64,000 nt of DNA from Batkoa obscura (GCA_030770535.1 JASVEC010000021.1:62001-126000); one strand, 5' to 3'. Numbered from the stretch's first letter, positions 1 through 13,659 are shown. Translations and numbers: made by a program. The notes: generated by a model from the sequence alone, not told the origin.

Positions 1-860
1 TTGAAATTTTTATCTAACCCAACGTCATTTGTGGCAATCCCCTTAACAGATCCGTCTTCATTGTAAAGTACTTCACTTGCTGCAAACCCTGGAAATATTT
101 CAACTCCCAACTTTTCCGCTTCTTCAGCCAACCATTTTACAAACAAGTTTAATGAAATGATGTAATTTCCTTTGTTACTCATCTGAGGTGGATGTGGAAA
201 CGGAATTGCATAATTCTTAGTAAGAAATTTAAATTGATCTTTAACTGCAGGCTGGTTTAATGGAGCCTAATGAATTAATTTAACACAAAATAATGGAAAC
301 CTTTTTAATTATTACCCCTCTTTCCTTCCAGTCAGGGAAGAGCTCATTTAATGCTCTGGGTTCCAATACAGCTCCAGATAAAGTGTGTGCACCTTCATAA
401 ATACAAAATTAATATTTTATATTAAATAAATGAGGAATGAAAGACCAAATAAATGGCCAAACAGTACTAAAGAATATTTACCCATTTCTCCTGCCTTTTC
501 TACTATAATAACTCTTACTTCTCTACCATCTTTTTCCGCCAATTGTTTAATCTTGATAGCAGCTGCCAACCCTGCTGGGCCACCGCCAACTATAACAACA
601 TCGGCTTCATCGGCAAACCTTTCTTCCATTTCAACTTCTTTGACATTTTCTTGCTCTTGTTTTAATTTAATAGAGGTATGAAATTTGTTTGATAAATTTA
701 GAATAACAGCGCTTCTTTTTAAAGAATTGGAATGAGCTGAGTATAATTTATTGAAAGATAAAGCAGTTGAATATGTTTTATTCAAACTACTCAACACTCT
801 TGTACTACTCTTTGTAGTCTTAGTTAATTGTATCCCTTTATTCACCTGCCCCAATTTCAT
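1..860 (-). CDS. CIR2: Electron transfer flavoprotein-ubiquinone oxidoreductase, 5' part (runs off window start)
   Basis: Mitochondrial-type presequence, then [23 protein letters not shown] (FAD Rossmann motif), [45 protein letters not shown]. Exons 860-482, 392-316, 266-<1 with GT-AG introns. Confidence 0.93.
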
Positions 861-1814
861 TGAATTTATTATAAAAAACTTATCTTAGATCATCTCATCA
901 ATCAAATTTATACTATTTGACCAATCATTAACGGGTTTTATCACCAGCAACTTTCACATGATTATGTTTAAAACATTTCAGCTACTTTTACAATTTAAAT
1001 TTCCTAATCTAAATAAATGACAGTTTGATTGTTAATAAATCATTTGAAAATTAAAATAACTGTTATTTTAGTTAAACTAAATTCTAAATAAAAGTATAAT
1101 AATATATATTTATTATATACTATATATTGTACAATGATAAGTATGCTAAATTTTATAGTTAACTTTTATGACGTATTAGTTCTTAAATATAATAATGGTG
1201 ACTATGTTTAAAATAATCACTACTATAAACAATAAATAATGAATTATATTATTTTTTTGATAAATGTTTACTATTTTCCATTAATTTTAAATAACAAAAA
1301 CGGCTATAAATAATATAAAAAAAACATTAAAGAGGAGATTTATCTGGACTTATTTATCTGTAAGAGCGGGAAGTGCTATTTACGGTACAAAACTGTTTGC
1401 TGATTATATTTTGTTAACGATTACTACAAGGATAGTAAATATAAGAGCTCTAATTTAATAGTAAAACAAATAATTAGGCATAGTGTAGATTTCAAGACAT
1501 GAACTAGTAAAAAGGCACAAAACGCTTTCTAGATTACTAACAATTATGAAAAATGCTAACAATTGACAAATAGTTCTTGTTCTTCCACTAGTATATACTT
1601 TCAAATCTAATTTAAGATGTAGTTAAATATATAATAGTCTTTTTTATAATAAAAGGATAAAGAAAGTGAGTTTATATGGAAAAGTAAGGTTTTGTAATAA
1701 CTTCAAGCTATTTACAAGTATAAAAACTATCATAATTAAACATTTTATTATATTACTGAATGACGAATGCGTAAAAGAGCTATGTAAAAGAAAAAATCTT
1801 TACAAATCTCTTTT

Positions 1815-1920
1815 AAATGGGATATGTTTTTTTAATTCCATCACTTTCTCTATTTTTAAGCATTACTTGAGTGAAAAGGTTATTGCTAAAATTCTTAAAC
1901 AAAAAAATATACTCCCATAT
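1815..1920 (-). mobile_element. ~105 bp MITE copy
   Basis: Matches family consensus ATATGGGGATGTATTTTTGTGTTTAAGAATTTTACTAACAATTTTTCCACTCAAATAGCGCTTAAAAAATGGAAAAAGTAATGAAGTCAAAAAAAACATCCCCATAT (reverse orientation, degenerate). Confidence 0.8.
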
Positions 1921-2454
1921 ACTTAAGTTTTTTGAGCTTCTTAATCTTTTTTACTGAAAGGACACAGATGCTATTAGCTGCAATAGCAACTATCTTTTAT
2001 GCCTAAAGGGAAAGTCATTTTGTAGTAAAGTCCTTTCAGCTGCAATCTCATATCTTTATTGCTTTGGACTCAACCAAAAAAAGAATTAAAACCTAATGAC
2101 ATGCCTATTACATCTTTTCTTTACTGTTAAGTTAATATTTTTAAAAATCAATTATGTGATCATAGTATAATTTACTATATAAGATAGTATGAAACCACGG
2201 CTATCATATTTAGATATCAGACTGCCTTGGTTTTAAATAAAGCATTGTAGATAATTTCTATAAAAACTACTATCTAACTTTAACATTTATTTTTTATAAA
2301 GAAAATTTAAAACATTATAACTTATAAACTGTCTAAAGACGATTATACCACATACTATTATAAAAACTAAGTGTCATTGGATAAGTAAAAGTACAAGAAT
2401 AAACAACTACTTATATATCTACCTATTTAAATTTAAAGTTACATTCAGAATGCA

Positions 2455-2560
2455 ATATGGGGGTATTTTTTTTGGCTTCATTACTTTCCCATCTTTTAAG
2501 TGTTATTTGAGCGGAAAAATTATTAGTAAAATTCTTAAACACAGAAACGCATCCCCATAT
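2455..2560 (-). mobile_element. ~105 bp MITE copy
   Basis: ATATGGGGGT...GCATCCCCATAT, consensus internal sequence. Confidence 0.88.
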
Positions 2561-2605
2561 AGTATCCAATAATCCATTCTTTATTTGTTATTAGCTTTGA
2601 ATTTA

Positions 2606-2690
2606 ATATAGGCATTTTTTATTTAAGAATTTAATATTTTTAGAACTTTTATTAAAGTGGATAAAATTCTTAAATAAGACATCCCTACAT
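2606..2690. mobile_element. Related ~85 bp foldback element with two left-type MITE ends
   Basis: ATATAGGCATTTTTTATTTAAGAATTT ... AAAATTCTTAAATAAGACATCCCTACAT. Confidence 0.45.
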
Positions 2691-5485
2691 GCCCTTTACT
2701 GATACCGGAGTGTTTACTAGAATATCTTTTAAGTGATTGTTTGTAGCAATATAGTATTGAATATTTCGAATGAACCTTAATTCGTAATCAAGTGCATTAT
2801 GGTCACCTTTATCAACGATACTAGCTTCAGAATATGCCTTCAACTTGTTTTTCAACTTTATCTAGTGTTGCTAAAAATATAACTTCATTTCAATTTATCC
2901 ACTTTTTGAAGAGTTTAGAAAGTAAACTTTTAGCTTGAGTAATTTAAGTTCAATTTTATTATAGGATAGTCGTTTTTTTAAATGTCAATACTTTCATTGA
3001 CAAAATTGACTTAAGTTATGACATTTATAGTAGTGCTTTATTAAAGCAGTAGTATACTATCTCTCGATAGATTAGCTTTTAAATTATTATTTTTCTCAAA
3101 AGGTTGATAATTCGAGGTTGATAAAATCTCCAAACATTATTTCTATTATTTAAACGAGGATTTCAAAAAACTTTAAATTAAAATTGGTAAAGTAGGAAAA
3201 AGCAATTATCAAATTTATCTAGCTAATACCATTACTGTGTTTTTCGATTATTTTTAAAGAGAAAATATTTTGCTTTAGGTAATGATACGTTATTTTATAA
3301 AGTTACTAACAAAAATAATATAACTTAGAAAGTTTGATTTCTCATTTACTAGTGTTGATGCACCTTATTTTGAATAATTAATTGCAAAATTAGGTCCAAA
3401 TTGCTAATTAAGGTGTAGGTGGTAGCTTTTCTATTATGGTTTATAGTAACGCTATTGCCTCAAGTTCTAGATGACAGTTTTAAAGAATAAAACTCATAAG
3501 CCACCAAAATTATCAAATGAATCTATCTAAAATCTTGTTTATTACAAGTTACAAGTTTTTTATTAATTTCGAAAAAATAAAATAATGAAAAACAATGTAT
3601 TTTATTTTATTTTATTTTTTATTATTCAATGTAATTATGATAAAATTAAATTACAAATAATTTTAATCCAAAAATTTATTCTATCTTAGAGAGTACAGAT
3701 TTGTGGCTTAAACAATTAACTTCAATTAATTATACTCAATAAGGCTTCTTTATCTTAATTCCAACAATTGGAAACTATTAGCCAATAAAAGGTGGAATTA
3801 ATTAATAAGTTACTCCTACTGAATAGGTTGTCAAAATATCAAATCAAATGTAAATTCACCTTAGTGCACCTTCTTTTTATTAGATAAAACTTTATTCCCA
3901 ACTTATCTCAGTTAAAACTTGATCGGAATAAAACATCTGATTATACTTTTCGAAAATTGACAACAATTAAATACATTACGCATAAAATCTTAACAATATA
4001 TACGATAGTAACCCTTTTAAACATTATCCATGTCTTTACACTGTAGATTCACTCAAATTTATTAATTTTATTATAAATTATTGATTTGAAATATAAAGTT
4101 TTAGCATATTTAATAGGCAATTATTTTCTATTTATTTAATAAATTGGTAAGCTAGTTTCATTGGCTAATAGTTATTTGATTCTATTCTTAACCCTTGACT
4201 ATTTCTATTTTTAAATATCCTAATTTATACTTATTCTCTATTTAGCCAATCAAAGCACTGCCCTAAAGATAATATTAATTATTGCCCAAATTGATAATTT
4301 ATTAGTTAAAGTAACTTTTTAAATTTTTTTTATCCCATTTAGTAAGATCAGCCTATTTTTGTATTCCGACTAATAGATAAAATAAATAACCATTTTATGA
4401 ACCGAAATTAAAGTTTTATAAATTGAAGAGTGAAATAAACTCAGCCCAAAATTCGATGATGCTTCGTCTCACATAGTTTTACTTGTTATATAGTTATTAG
4501 TTTATATTATGATATGATTCAATGTCGTCGATATTTATTTTATAGGTAAGTCTAAAACTTAAATTAAAATCACAAGTTGCTTTAACTATTGGATATTCTC
4601 AATTAAGGAATAATCCTGTATGTAAAATTTAAGCCAATTAAAAGTTTTTTTATCAGCTTTAAATTTATTATGGCTAAGTAGTGATATTAGTTCATGTTTT
4701 AAAAAAAACTAATTAACCAATAATTTTGATAGAAATCATTACAATCTACCAATGATTTTTGGCTTTACTTTATGCTCACCTGAGTTATTAGACAACTAGC
4801 CAATCGATGTAGGCCATTACAAGCTTGACTTTCATGGTTTATGCAAAAAATGAAAGCTTTGCTTTGTGAAAATAAACCCAAAAAGGAAAAAGCTAGGCTA
4901 GAGCTCAAATTGAAATCTTTATTTTAACTGGGGTTAAAGCTAATTTCAGCAAATCCCCTCAATTTTCTCCAATTGTAAACCTTGTAAATTAATAAAAAAT
5001 AAGTACAGGCACCACTCTCTTTATCTTTTAAGCAATTTTACAATTTTATTAAACTTATTTAACATAAAACAAGTCAGCTTTGAACAAGATATTAACAAAA
5101 GACCTTTAATCAATACCCCTATTGTATCTCAGTTTATCTCAATTCAACACTTACTTTGTCCAATTAAACTATAAAGTTTTAAGTTTAGAGTAATTAACAT
5201 ACCTCAAAGACTTGGTCATTATTTTTCAAACGTACAGACGATCGATATTTAACTACTGTCACTTTAACAGTTTAATTTTATCACTATTTACATATTTGAT
5301 GAATCTTATCTAAGAGTTATAAAATCAGAGTATTATTTATTGAGCCCTTTCATTATCACAGCATAAAAACGCTATATTACTTATAGTTTATAAGTAATCG
5401 ATTTCTATAAGCACTACATTTATTTTATTTAAGGAATTTTCAGTTGTTGTTTCGATTTTAAACTATTTTGATATAAATTGTAAAT

Positions 5486-7340
5486 ATGGATCTTCCTCAC
5501 TGTTCACTTTTTATTGTTCAAGCAGGCCAATTACCTGCATATTTATCCTCATTAAATTCAAAGAATAAAATAAGCAAGCCCGACATCAAGCTCCCCACAC
5601 TATTACCCAAACCAACACAGCTAATCACCACAAATCCAAAAACCTTACCTCTAGAATCATTAGAAACTGCCCTTTTAACAATTCCAAATGTATATTTACT
5701 CCCTTGTGGCATTTCAACGATTTCCGATTTGAAAGAGAATTTAACTCAATCAAAGACATATATATTATTTCTTATCGATTTAGATGAGAATAACACACAT
5801 TGTAACTTTTGTTTAAACTCAACTCATAACAAAGAATGTTTAAGAGGATCTGCCCTTTTATCTCATCTTTATAACCATATAAAATCCACTGAATTACAAA
5901 ATGTTGTTCCTTTAGGTAAAGATAAAAATTTATAAGGATTAAAGCAAATGTTTAATTTATTTTTTAGTCATGTCAGCTGTTTGGTCGCCTCATAAAATTA
6001 AAGAGTCATTAGACCTTGGTGCCGTAGATTATTTTACAAAACCGATTTCTAAAAAAGCAGCACAATCTTTATGGATAAATGTTTTTCGATTCCATTCTCT
6101 CAAATATCCAACTTTAATAAAACGACTTCCCTCTTTTAACTTGGCTCCGGTAGGGCTATTTAAAAAGCCAGCATTATCCTTAGACAGTCATTTAGAGGGC
6201 GTGATAGTCGATTATTACACACCACAATCTTCTATTTTAAATAGAAATCCTCTTGATTATAGTAAATTTATAAGGTCATCTATTCGTTCCCAACAGTTGT
6301 TACGTCGTATAAAGAGAAAGAAGTTTAACCCATACCAACTTTCTGAGTCCGAATTGATAACCAGTTGTAAAATAATATTCGAAGACACTTTTCGTCAAAT
6401 AGGAGTTCCAATCATTCCTGGAAGGCTTGAAAAATTTATCCTTGTGACCAAGTCATCATACCTTGAAAATGATTATCACAATTTTTGTCATGCTGTAGAT
6501 GTACTTCAAGCCACCTACCTTTTCTTAACCTCTATGGGATTAAAGCACATATCTGACCCAAATGTTCCTTGCTCAATTCATTTACTTTCGACAAAGCACA
6601 TTACTGCTTTATTAGTAGCTGCCCTTGGACATGATGTTGGACATCCTGGGGTCAATAACTCCTTTTTAATTAAAACTGGAATCCCCTTAGCATCGATGTA
6701 TTCAAATGTAGCTGTATTAGAAAAGTTTCATGCTTTGGCTCTTGTAAATCTCATTCATTCACAAGATTGCCTCTTTTTCCCTGATCTTTTTTCTGATCTT
6801 TCTGAATTTTATTCATTGATATCAGATATTATTATAGCTACTGATATGGCTGCCCATTTTGATCATTTAAAAAGAATTCAAGACCTCGGAGAAAGGAGGA
6901 AATTTTCTGACTATAAAATCAATGAAAAGGATTCTTTGATTATTTTATCTGCGCTAATAAAATGTTCTGATCTCATTAATGTGACAAGGCCATTTGATAT
7001 TGCTAAAGACTGGACTCGATGCCTTACTGAAGAGCTCCATAAGCAATGTTGCATGGAGCTTGCACTTGGTATAGATCCACAACTCCCTTTAGATCAGCTA
7101 CGTGGACCACAAAATGCATCACAGGTGAGTTTTATACAGAATATGGCACTTCCTTTATTTGATTGTACTGCTGATTTATTATCCGAACTTTCTTTATTTC
7201 CCCAACAACTTCAATCTAATTTATCCCTTTGGAAGCACCTTGATTCCTCTGGATTAGAATCACCAAAATCTCTAGAAAATAGGCCTTCTTCCAGTTTGTC
7301 ACCTAGACAATCTCGAGTTACCTTGGTAGCCGGGATATAA
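5486..7340 (+). CDS. Class I cyclic nucleotide (cAMP) phosphodiesterase with N-terminal receiver-like domain
   Basis: PDEase_I motifs YHNFCHAVDV, HDVGHPGVNN, LEKFH, ATDMAAH, KCSDL, and the invariant Gln in SQVSF. Intron 5916-5967 joins ORFs 5486 and 5970 in frame (G|TC ATG). Confidence 0.9.
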
Positions 7341-7895
7341 AGTAAAGCGACCAAGCTATGCAATTGGCGAATAGTTGATTGTGTCTATATAGATTAAGTT
7401 ATAATTTAAAAATAGTATTAACCAAAAATTGGTTCCATCTGGAACCATTTATCTCATTTCTAGTGTATTCAAATATCTTCTCGATCCTTATGTAATATTT
7501 CCTTTCCATCCGCTTTAAACATTCTAACAAAAGAACTATTTCATGCTATTTTTATTCAAAAAAGATATTTCACAAACTCATTAAAAAAAATCTAATAAAA
7601 AAAGTATATTACATTTTTGAACCTTTTAACTTAAGAAAACATTTAGGTATTAACAAGCTCATTATGAAACAGTTTTAATATCCTTTTAACTATTTATTTT
7701 TAAGCTATCATATTTCTATAATTAGCGAAAAGGATATAATTATTATATTGAAAGAAAAGTTAAAAATTTATTTGATAGAATCACAACTCATAACAAAATT
7801 TAATAACTTGGAATTTTATAGTTATTAGATACAAAAGATCTTGCAATATTAAATTATGACTAAAATCCAAGTTTTATTTACAATGTATTAAACAA

Positions 7896-8195
7896 TTAAG
7901 AATTCATTTCCTTTTTAGCATCACCTTGTAATTTAGAAGCTTTACCTTCAGCTTGCATTTGCTCATTACCAATAGCTGATCCAACAGTATCTTTAACACT
8001 TCCTTTTACACTATCTTTAGAACCTTCAGCATAGCCTTTAGCTTGAGCAGCTTTATATTCAGCATCACCTTCAGCTCTTTGAGCAGCACCTTTAGATTCA
8101 AGAGAATGATTACCAAGAGCAGAACCTACATTTTCTTTAATGGATCCAATGGTAGAGTTATAGTTACCAGACATTTTTGATGGGCTTCCAGTCAT
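7896..8195 (-). CDS. CsbD-like / Hmp1-type small hydrophilic stress protein, copy 1
   Basis: 99 aa, two CsbD-like repeats (GSIKENVGSALGN...EG; GSVKDTVGSAIGNEQMQAEG). Upstream TATAAAA at 8287-8293. Confidence 0.85.
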   Translation of the reverse strand: MTGSPSKMSGNYNSTIGSIKENVGSALGNHSLESKGAAQRAEGDAEYKAAQAKGYAEGSKDSVKGSVKDTVGSAIGNEQMQAEGKASKLQGDAKKEMNS

Positions 8196-8827
8196 TTTGA
8201 TTATTTAATTTGATATTTAATAATTAATTTGTTAGTTAATTTGTTTTTGTTTTGTTTTATAATTTATTTAATTTATAACAACTGGCTTTTATACTATTTT
8301 TTCATTATTTTTAAATGAAAATGATCTCATTTTTACCATTTGATTTACAAGTACAAGGATGTTAGCAAATTTTATGTAATAATTTTTCGACTTTTAACTT
8401 TTATCATTATTTTGTCATTTTCATTATCTTTGTTTTGTATCAATGTATTATCTAAAAATGACTATGTAACTAAAAATAATTAAAAACTTTAATGTTATGC
8501 ATAATATTAGTTTTCCTTTATGTAATAAAAGGCTGAACTTACTTTTAGAGTTAATATTAGTGATTGTAGTACTTTTTAGCTTTAAATTAGCTTTGATATT
8601 CAAAAAAGTCAGCTTTTTATTTAAGTATTTTGGATAAGGCTTTTTAAGATAAAAATCATTAAAATATAATATATTAATAAAATAAGACTCTAATATGGTG
8701 TGTTTAATAAACTGGTTAAAAGGTAAAATTTTATAAGAAGTCAAAACAGGAGAAAAATTGAGCCTCAGGTTTAGATGTTCATTCATAACTAGATACTATT
8801 TTATTTTAATGAGAGTGTCCATACTAC

Positions 8828-8932
8828 ATATGAGGATGTATTTTTGTATTTAAGAATTTTACTGACAATTTTTCCACATAAATAGCGCTTAAAAAATAGA
8901 AAAATAATGAAACTAAAAAAAACAGCCCCATA
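8828..8932 (+). mobile_element. ~105 bp MITE copy
   Basis: ATATGAGGATGT...ACAGCCCCATA. Abuts an inverted copy. Confidence 0.88.
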
Positions 8933-9038
8933 TGTGGAAATGTTTTTTTTGGCTTCATCACCTTTTTATTTTTCAAGTGCTATTTGAGCGGAAAAACTGT
9001 TAGTAAAATCGTTAAGCAAAAAAATACATTCACACGTA
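8931..9038 (-). mobile_element. ~105 bp MITE copy
   Basis: TATGTGGAAATGTTTTTTTTGGCTTCATC...AATACATTCACACGTA. Confidence 0.82.
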
Positions 9039-9229
9039 AATAAAACTATGCAACTAACATTTTATTAATAAAATACAAAATCATATTACTTATTAGATAT
9101 GGCATTTTTTTACTTTAAAAGCCGTAAATTTTTTCTTATTGTCTTCCAGCTTTTAAAATTATTAGCTACTTTTTGGGAACTCCATTATATAAAACAAAAA
9201 GTCTATTAGGAATTTTTGGAAAATCTAGC

Positions 9230-9337
9230 AAATGGGAGTGTTTTTTTTGACTTCATTATTTTTTCCATTTTTTAAGCGCTATTTGAGTGGAAAATTTGTT
9301 GGTAAAATTCTTGAACATAAAAATACATCCCCAAATA
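9230..9337 (-). mobile_element. ~105 bp MITE copy
   Basis: ATGGGAGTG...TACATCCCCAAAT. Confidence 0.88.
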
Positions 9338-10202
9338 GTAGTAAAAAATTGGGAAACCTTAGGTTGAAAGTACAGTATAAGAATATGGGTAAGCTTAGAA
9401 GCCATTAAAATCAAGGAGAAAATTTTCCATTTTGCTCATTTTCTATCTAGTGTAAATTTTTGAAAAAGATTATAAATAAAAGGCTGGATAAAAAACATCT
9501 CAATATGAGTTATTTTAAAATTAAGCAAAAAAGCAAAAAAGCAAAAAAGAAATTATAATACTTAGCTTAGTACTTAATTTGCAATATTTGCTAAATATCT
9601 AAATTGGACAAAAATTGAACTAGATTTTTAAACCCATATATAATATTTAGATCTTAAAAGCATTAGGATTTCTTGATTATTATAATAAGTAGGCCTTTGT
9701 TAATCTTTTTGCTTATATGCCACTTTGAGTCTAAGAAGTTTATACTGAGTAAAATATGGAGCTAACTTACCTTTAATATTAATTTAGGAGCACTTTTAAT
9801 TCATTATTTTTGACCATTTCCTATAGCATAAATTAGTAAAAATTATAACTAAATGCCAAACCAAAGAAAACATTTTATATCAAGAATAAAAATATAGAAC
9901 ATAATATTTTAAAACTTAAATTTAATTAAATAAAATAGTTCAGTCTGGTTAAAAATAATTAATTTGAGATATAAATTATATAATTTTGTTTTTGTAATAG
10001 TAAGAGAGTGTAGTGTTTTAAAAAATAGAATCGAAATTAATCGGAAAAAAAATCAAAATCAGTTAATTTTTATTTGTTTACATAAGATATACAAAACAGA
10101 GATAAGCCATTTTAGAATTTAAATTAAGTTTCGAAATTAAATGAACAAATTTAACAATCAATATAAATAATTAAAATTATTCAGTATTTTTTTAATTTTA
10201 AA

Positions 10203-11667
10203 ATGTTCCGTTTATTTCAAAAGGTGGGTAATAGTCTATTCTTTTCCTCCAAACCTTCTGTCAAAACCTTCCCTTTTAATGACTTAATTTTACACACTGT
10301 CAAACTAAGTATAACCCTTTTATTAAACCTTTATGTGCCACTCTGTGTATTAAGCTTAATTTATATCTCATTAACCGGTGGTATAACGAATAACATGAAA
10401 TTAGTTATAAGTACCTACAATATAATAGAAATCTTATTTTACATTTACTGCACCATACTATACCATCAGTCAGACAATAACAAACACAGCTACAATATCA
10501 GTGAAGAGGATAGGAATAAATTAATAAGAGTATGGATTGAGGAAAAAAATTTAGATATAAATAACTTATTACGTTGGTTTAACCCAATAAATAAAGACTT
10601 GATCTCTGTTCAACAATGTCAAGAGTTCTTCGCTTGGTTATTTTATAACAATTATTTAGAAAAACTATCTGAAAAACAAAGTCAGAGTATTCAACAATTA
10701 ACAGAAAAAATTCAATTTTTATCTGGTATTTCTTTAAAGAAAGTGAATAGTGAGAAAGAGAAACGTCAAGCTATGAGACTAACTTTAGATAAATTAAATG
10801 TTTTATTTAAACCTTTATTAGTTTATTTGGTAATTTAATAATATAATATTTAATTCTATTGATGGTGTATTGATATTTATTTAGATTATATTCTTATTAC
10901 AATCAAGGATGAGCATCTTTCTATTATTAAATGGTTTTCAATACAATCACCACAACGAAAGCAAGTATTCTTATTATGTTTATGAGCCTATTAATCCAGA
11001 TAATACTAAAGACACTTTATTTTTTATCAATGGAATAGGACCAGGACTTTCTTATCTTAAGAAAATCTGTGAGTTAAAACAATCATATCCTAATCGAAAG
11101 ATTATAATGTTAGAATTGAAATATATAACAATTACACCAACAACTTATATTAACACAATTGAAGATACATTAAACTTTATGAATGTTATCTGTGAAAGAC
11201 ATAATATTCAAAAGATTTCATTAATAGGACATTCTTATGGTACTTTTATATGTTCTTGGTTAATGAAACATTGTAAAGAAAGAATAAGTAAATTAACATT
11301 AATTGATCCAGTATGTTTTTCTACTTGGGATTCTAATTTAACTCGAAATTTCATTTATAATAATCAGTTCAATTTAAAGTCCATTTTATGTGATTTAATT
11401 GTTTCTAAAGATTTATTCATCGCTAATACTATTGCTAGAAATTTTCTATGGGTAGAAAATTTATTGTTAATTGAGGACTTGGAAGATTTACAAGTCAATG
11501 TTTTTTTATCAGAGTTCGATTTTCTTATTGATAGTAGAAATGTGGAAAGCTATCTCAAGAAGAGTCCTCACTTTGGTAACAAATTAAAAGTTTCAATACT
11601 AAATGGGAATCATGGTATTTATCTTAGAAATCAAAAGTTTTTTAATACTGTTATGGCAGGCATTTAA
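10203..11667 (+). CDS. Membrane-anchored alpha/beta-hydrolase, copy 1 (469 aa)
   Basis: Exons 10203-10829 and 10885-11667 (phase-0 intron). N-terminal hydrophobic helices, oxyanion-loop motif FINGIG, nucleophile GHSYG, LIDPVCF, C-terminal D and HG. Confidence 0.88.
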
Positions 11668-12230
11668 ATAGTATATTGTTATACATTAATAATATGCTAA
11701 CGTATAAATAGTTGATGTCTTCGCTATGAAATTATGTATTAGAATATTGGCTAATAGGTTGATGGCTTATTTTTTAAATAATAATATATGACTAATAAAT
11801 TTAATATATATTAATATAATAGTTCATTTTTAAAAATTGTTTATTTTCACCATAAATAATCATATAAAAAATTGATTTATTTACTTTAGTCATCATCTTT
11901 AGGTTAATTATGAAGAATTTTGGTGGAAATGTCAAGGGAGAGTGGACAGATCCATATAGCAATCTAAACGCTATGGAAGAAAATGATTACATATAGACAT
12001 ATCTCAATTTATTAAGTAGACCATCTTGATTAAAATCATACTTTATCATTTTTGAAAGTGCAACTATAAAGGTTGATTTACTCATGTAAGTAAACTATAT
12101 CTTCAGAATACCGGTCAATTTAAACACTACAAAATCTAGGACATATTTTAGATAAAATAAATCAAGTAAATGTTTTTGAAACTAAAATTCGAGCTTGAAA
12201 TAATAACTAAACAGTTTATTTAATCTAATT

Positions 12231-12332
12231 ATAAGGGCATGTATTTTTTTTAAAGAATTTTGCTATAGCTTTTCCACTCAAATAGCGCTTAAAAATAGAA
12301 AAGTGATGAAACCAAGAAAAACATCCCCATAA
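12231..12332 (+). mobile_element. ~105 bp MITE copy
   Basis: ATAAGGGCATGT...ACATCCCCATA. Confidence 0.85.
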
Positions 12333-12737
12333 GTTATCTTTTATTTTTATAATTATAATATAGTACTGACACTTCATAAAAGCAGTACCAAAGACTATGT
12401 TATAAAGTTATTCATTTCGAATTTGAAACCTTTCAGCTGATTAGTTAAGTAAATTTTTATTTCGTTGGAAACACATTAAATCAAGTATTTAGTATTAATA
12501 TACATCTTTTGTAATGATCCGTAATAAATAGTTACAAAATAATAATTTATTGCATGATTGTTACTATTTAAAACTTAAGTACCTATTTTTTTTAAAGATT
12601 ATGTATAAATACTTTAAAAGCTCAACGATGAATGAATTTCAATAGCATAAAAACTTTTAATTTTTAAAAGATATAAGAAATAAAAGTATAATTATAATTA
12701 TAGCAATATTTTATTTACACCATGTTAAATTAGATAG

Positions 12738-13037
12738 TTAAGAATTCATTTCCTTTTTAGCATCACCTTGTAATTTAGAAGCTTTACCTTCAGCTTGCAT
12801 TTGCTCATTACCAATAGCTGATCCAACAGTATCTTTAACACTTCCTTTTACACTATCTTTAGAACCTTCAGCATAGCCTTTAGCTTGAGCAGCTTTATAT
12901 TCAGCATCACCTTCAGCTCTTTGAGCAGCACCTTTAGATTCAAGAGAATGATTACCAAGAGCAGAACCTACATTTTCTTTAATGGATCCAATGGTAGAGT
13001 TATAGTTACCAGACATTTTTGATGGGCTTCCAGTCAT
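12738..13037 (-). CDS. CsbD-like / Hmp1-type protein, copy 2
   Basis: Protein identical to copy 1. DNA identity extends ~165 bp upstream. TATAAAA at 13129-13135. Confidence 0.85.
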   Translation of the reverse strand: MTGSPSKMSGNYNSTIGSIKENVGSALGNHSLESKGAAQRAEGDAEYKAAQAKGYAEGSKDSVKGSVKDTVGSAIGNEQMQAEGKASKLQGDAKKEMNS

Positions 13038-13659
13038 TTTGATTATTTAATTTGATATTTAATAATTAATTTGTTAGTTAATTTGTTTTTGTTTTGTTTT
13101 ATAATTTATTTAATTTATAACAACTGGCTTTTATACTATTTTTTCATTATTTTTAAATGAAAATGATCTCATTTTTACCATTTGATTTACAAGTACAAGG
13201 ATGTTATGTTAGCAAATTTTACGTAATTGTTAAAAATTATTGAGATCGGATTTTTTATATTTATATCGTCACTTTATTCCTCACTATTTTATATTTATTA
13301 TATTATTTAATAATGATTCTATAGCTAAAAATAATTCCAAGTTCTTAATACTAATTTAATTTTATATGGTATATTAAGAGTGTAAGCTCAGTTTTATATA
13401 TTTATATTAACAGTAGGGGTAGTTTCTAATCTTAAGTTGGGTTTGAAATTTTGATCAAAATTAAATTTATTGGAAATATTTAAAAAAAACTTTATAATAA
13501 AAGGTAAATTGTAACCTGATTTATATCTTATATTCTCTTCTTTTCTATAATCAATATCTTTATGAATGAAAAACTTGATCAAATAAATTTCTTATACTAA
13601 CTTTAAACTTAACTGTCCTATATTAAGCAAATAATCTATACCAAGGGGTCTTTTGATAT

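Noticed and set aside
1666..1926. Short ORFs 1666-1926, 27495-27683 and 61192-61410 with mutually similar peptides
   Set aside because: They run through MITE copies. The similarity comes from the repeat, not a gene family.
2690..2945. Coding-looking minus-strand patch (…DKGDHNALDYELRFIRNIQYY…)
   Set aside because: Short, interrupted by a stop and frameshift, and no family recognised.
7896..9038. Functional link between the Hmp1 (cruciform-binding) family proteins and the palindromic MITEs
   Set aside because: Only the family name suggests it. CsbD-like proteins are generic stress hydrophilins, and MITEs are also common away from these genes.
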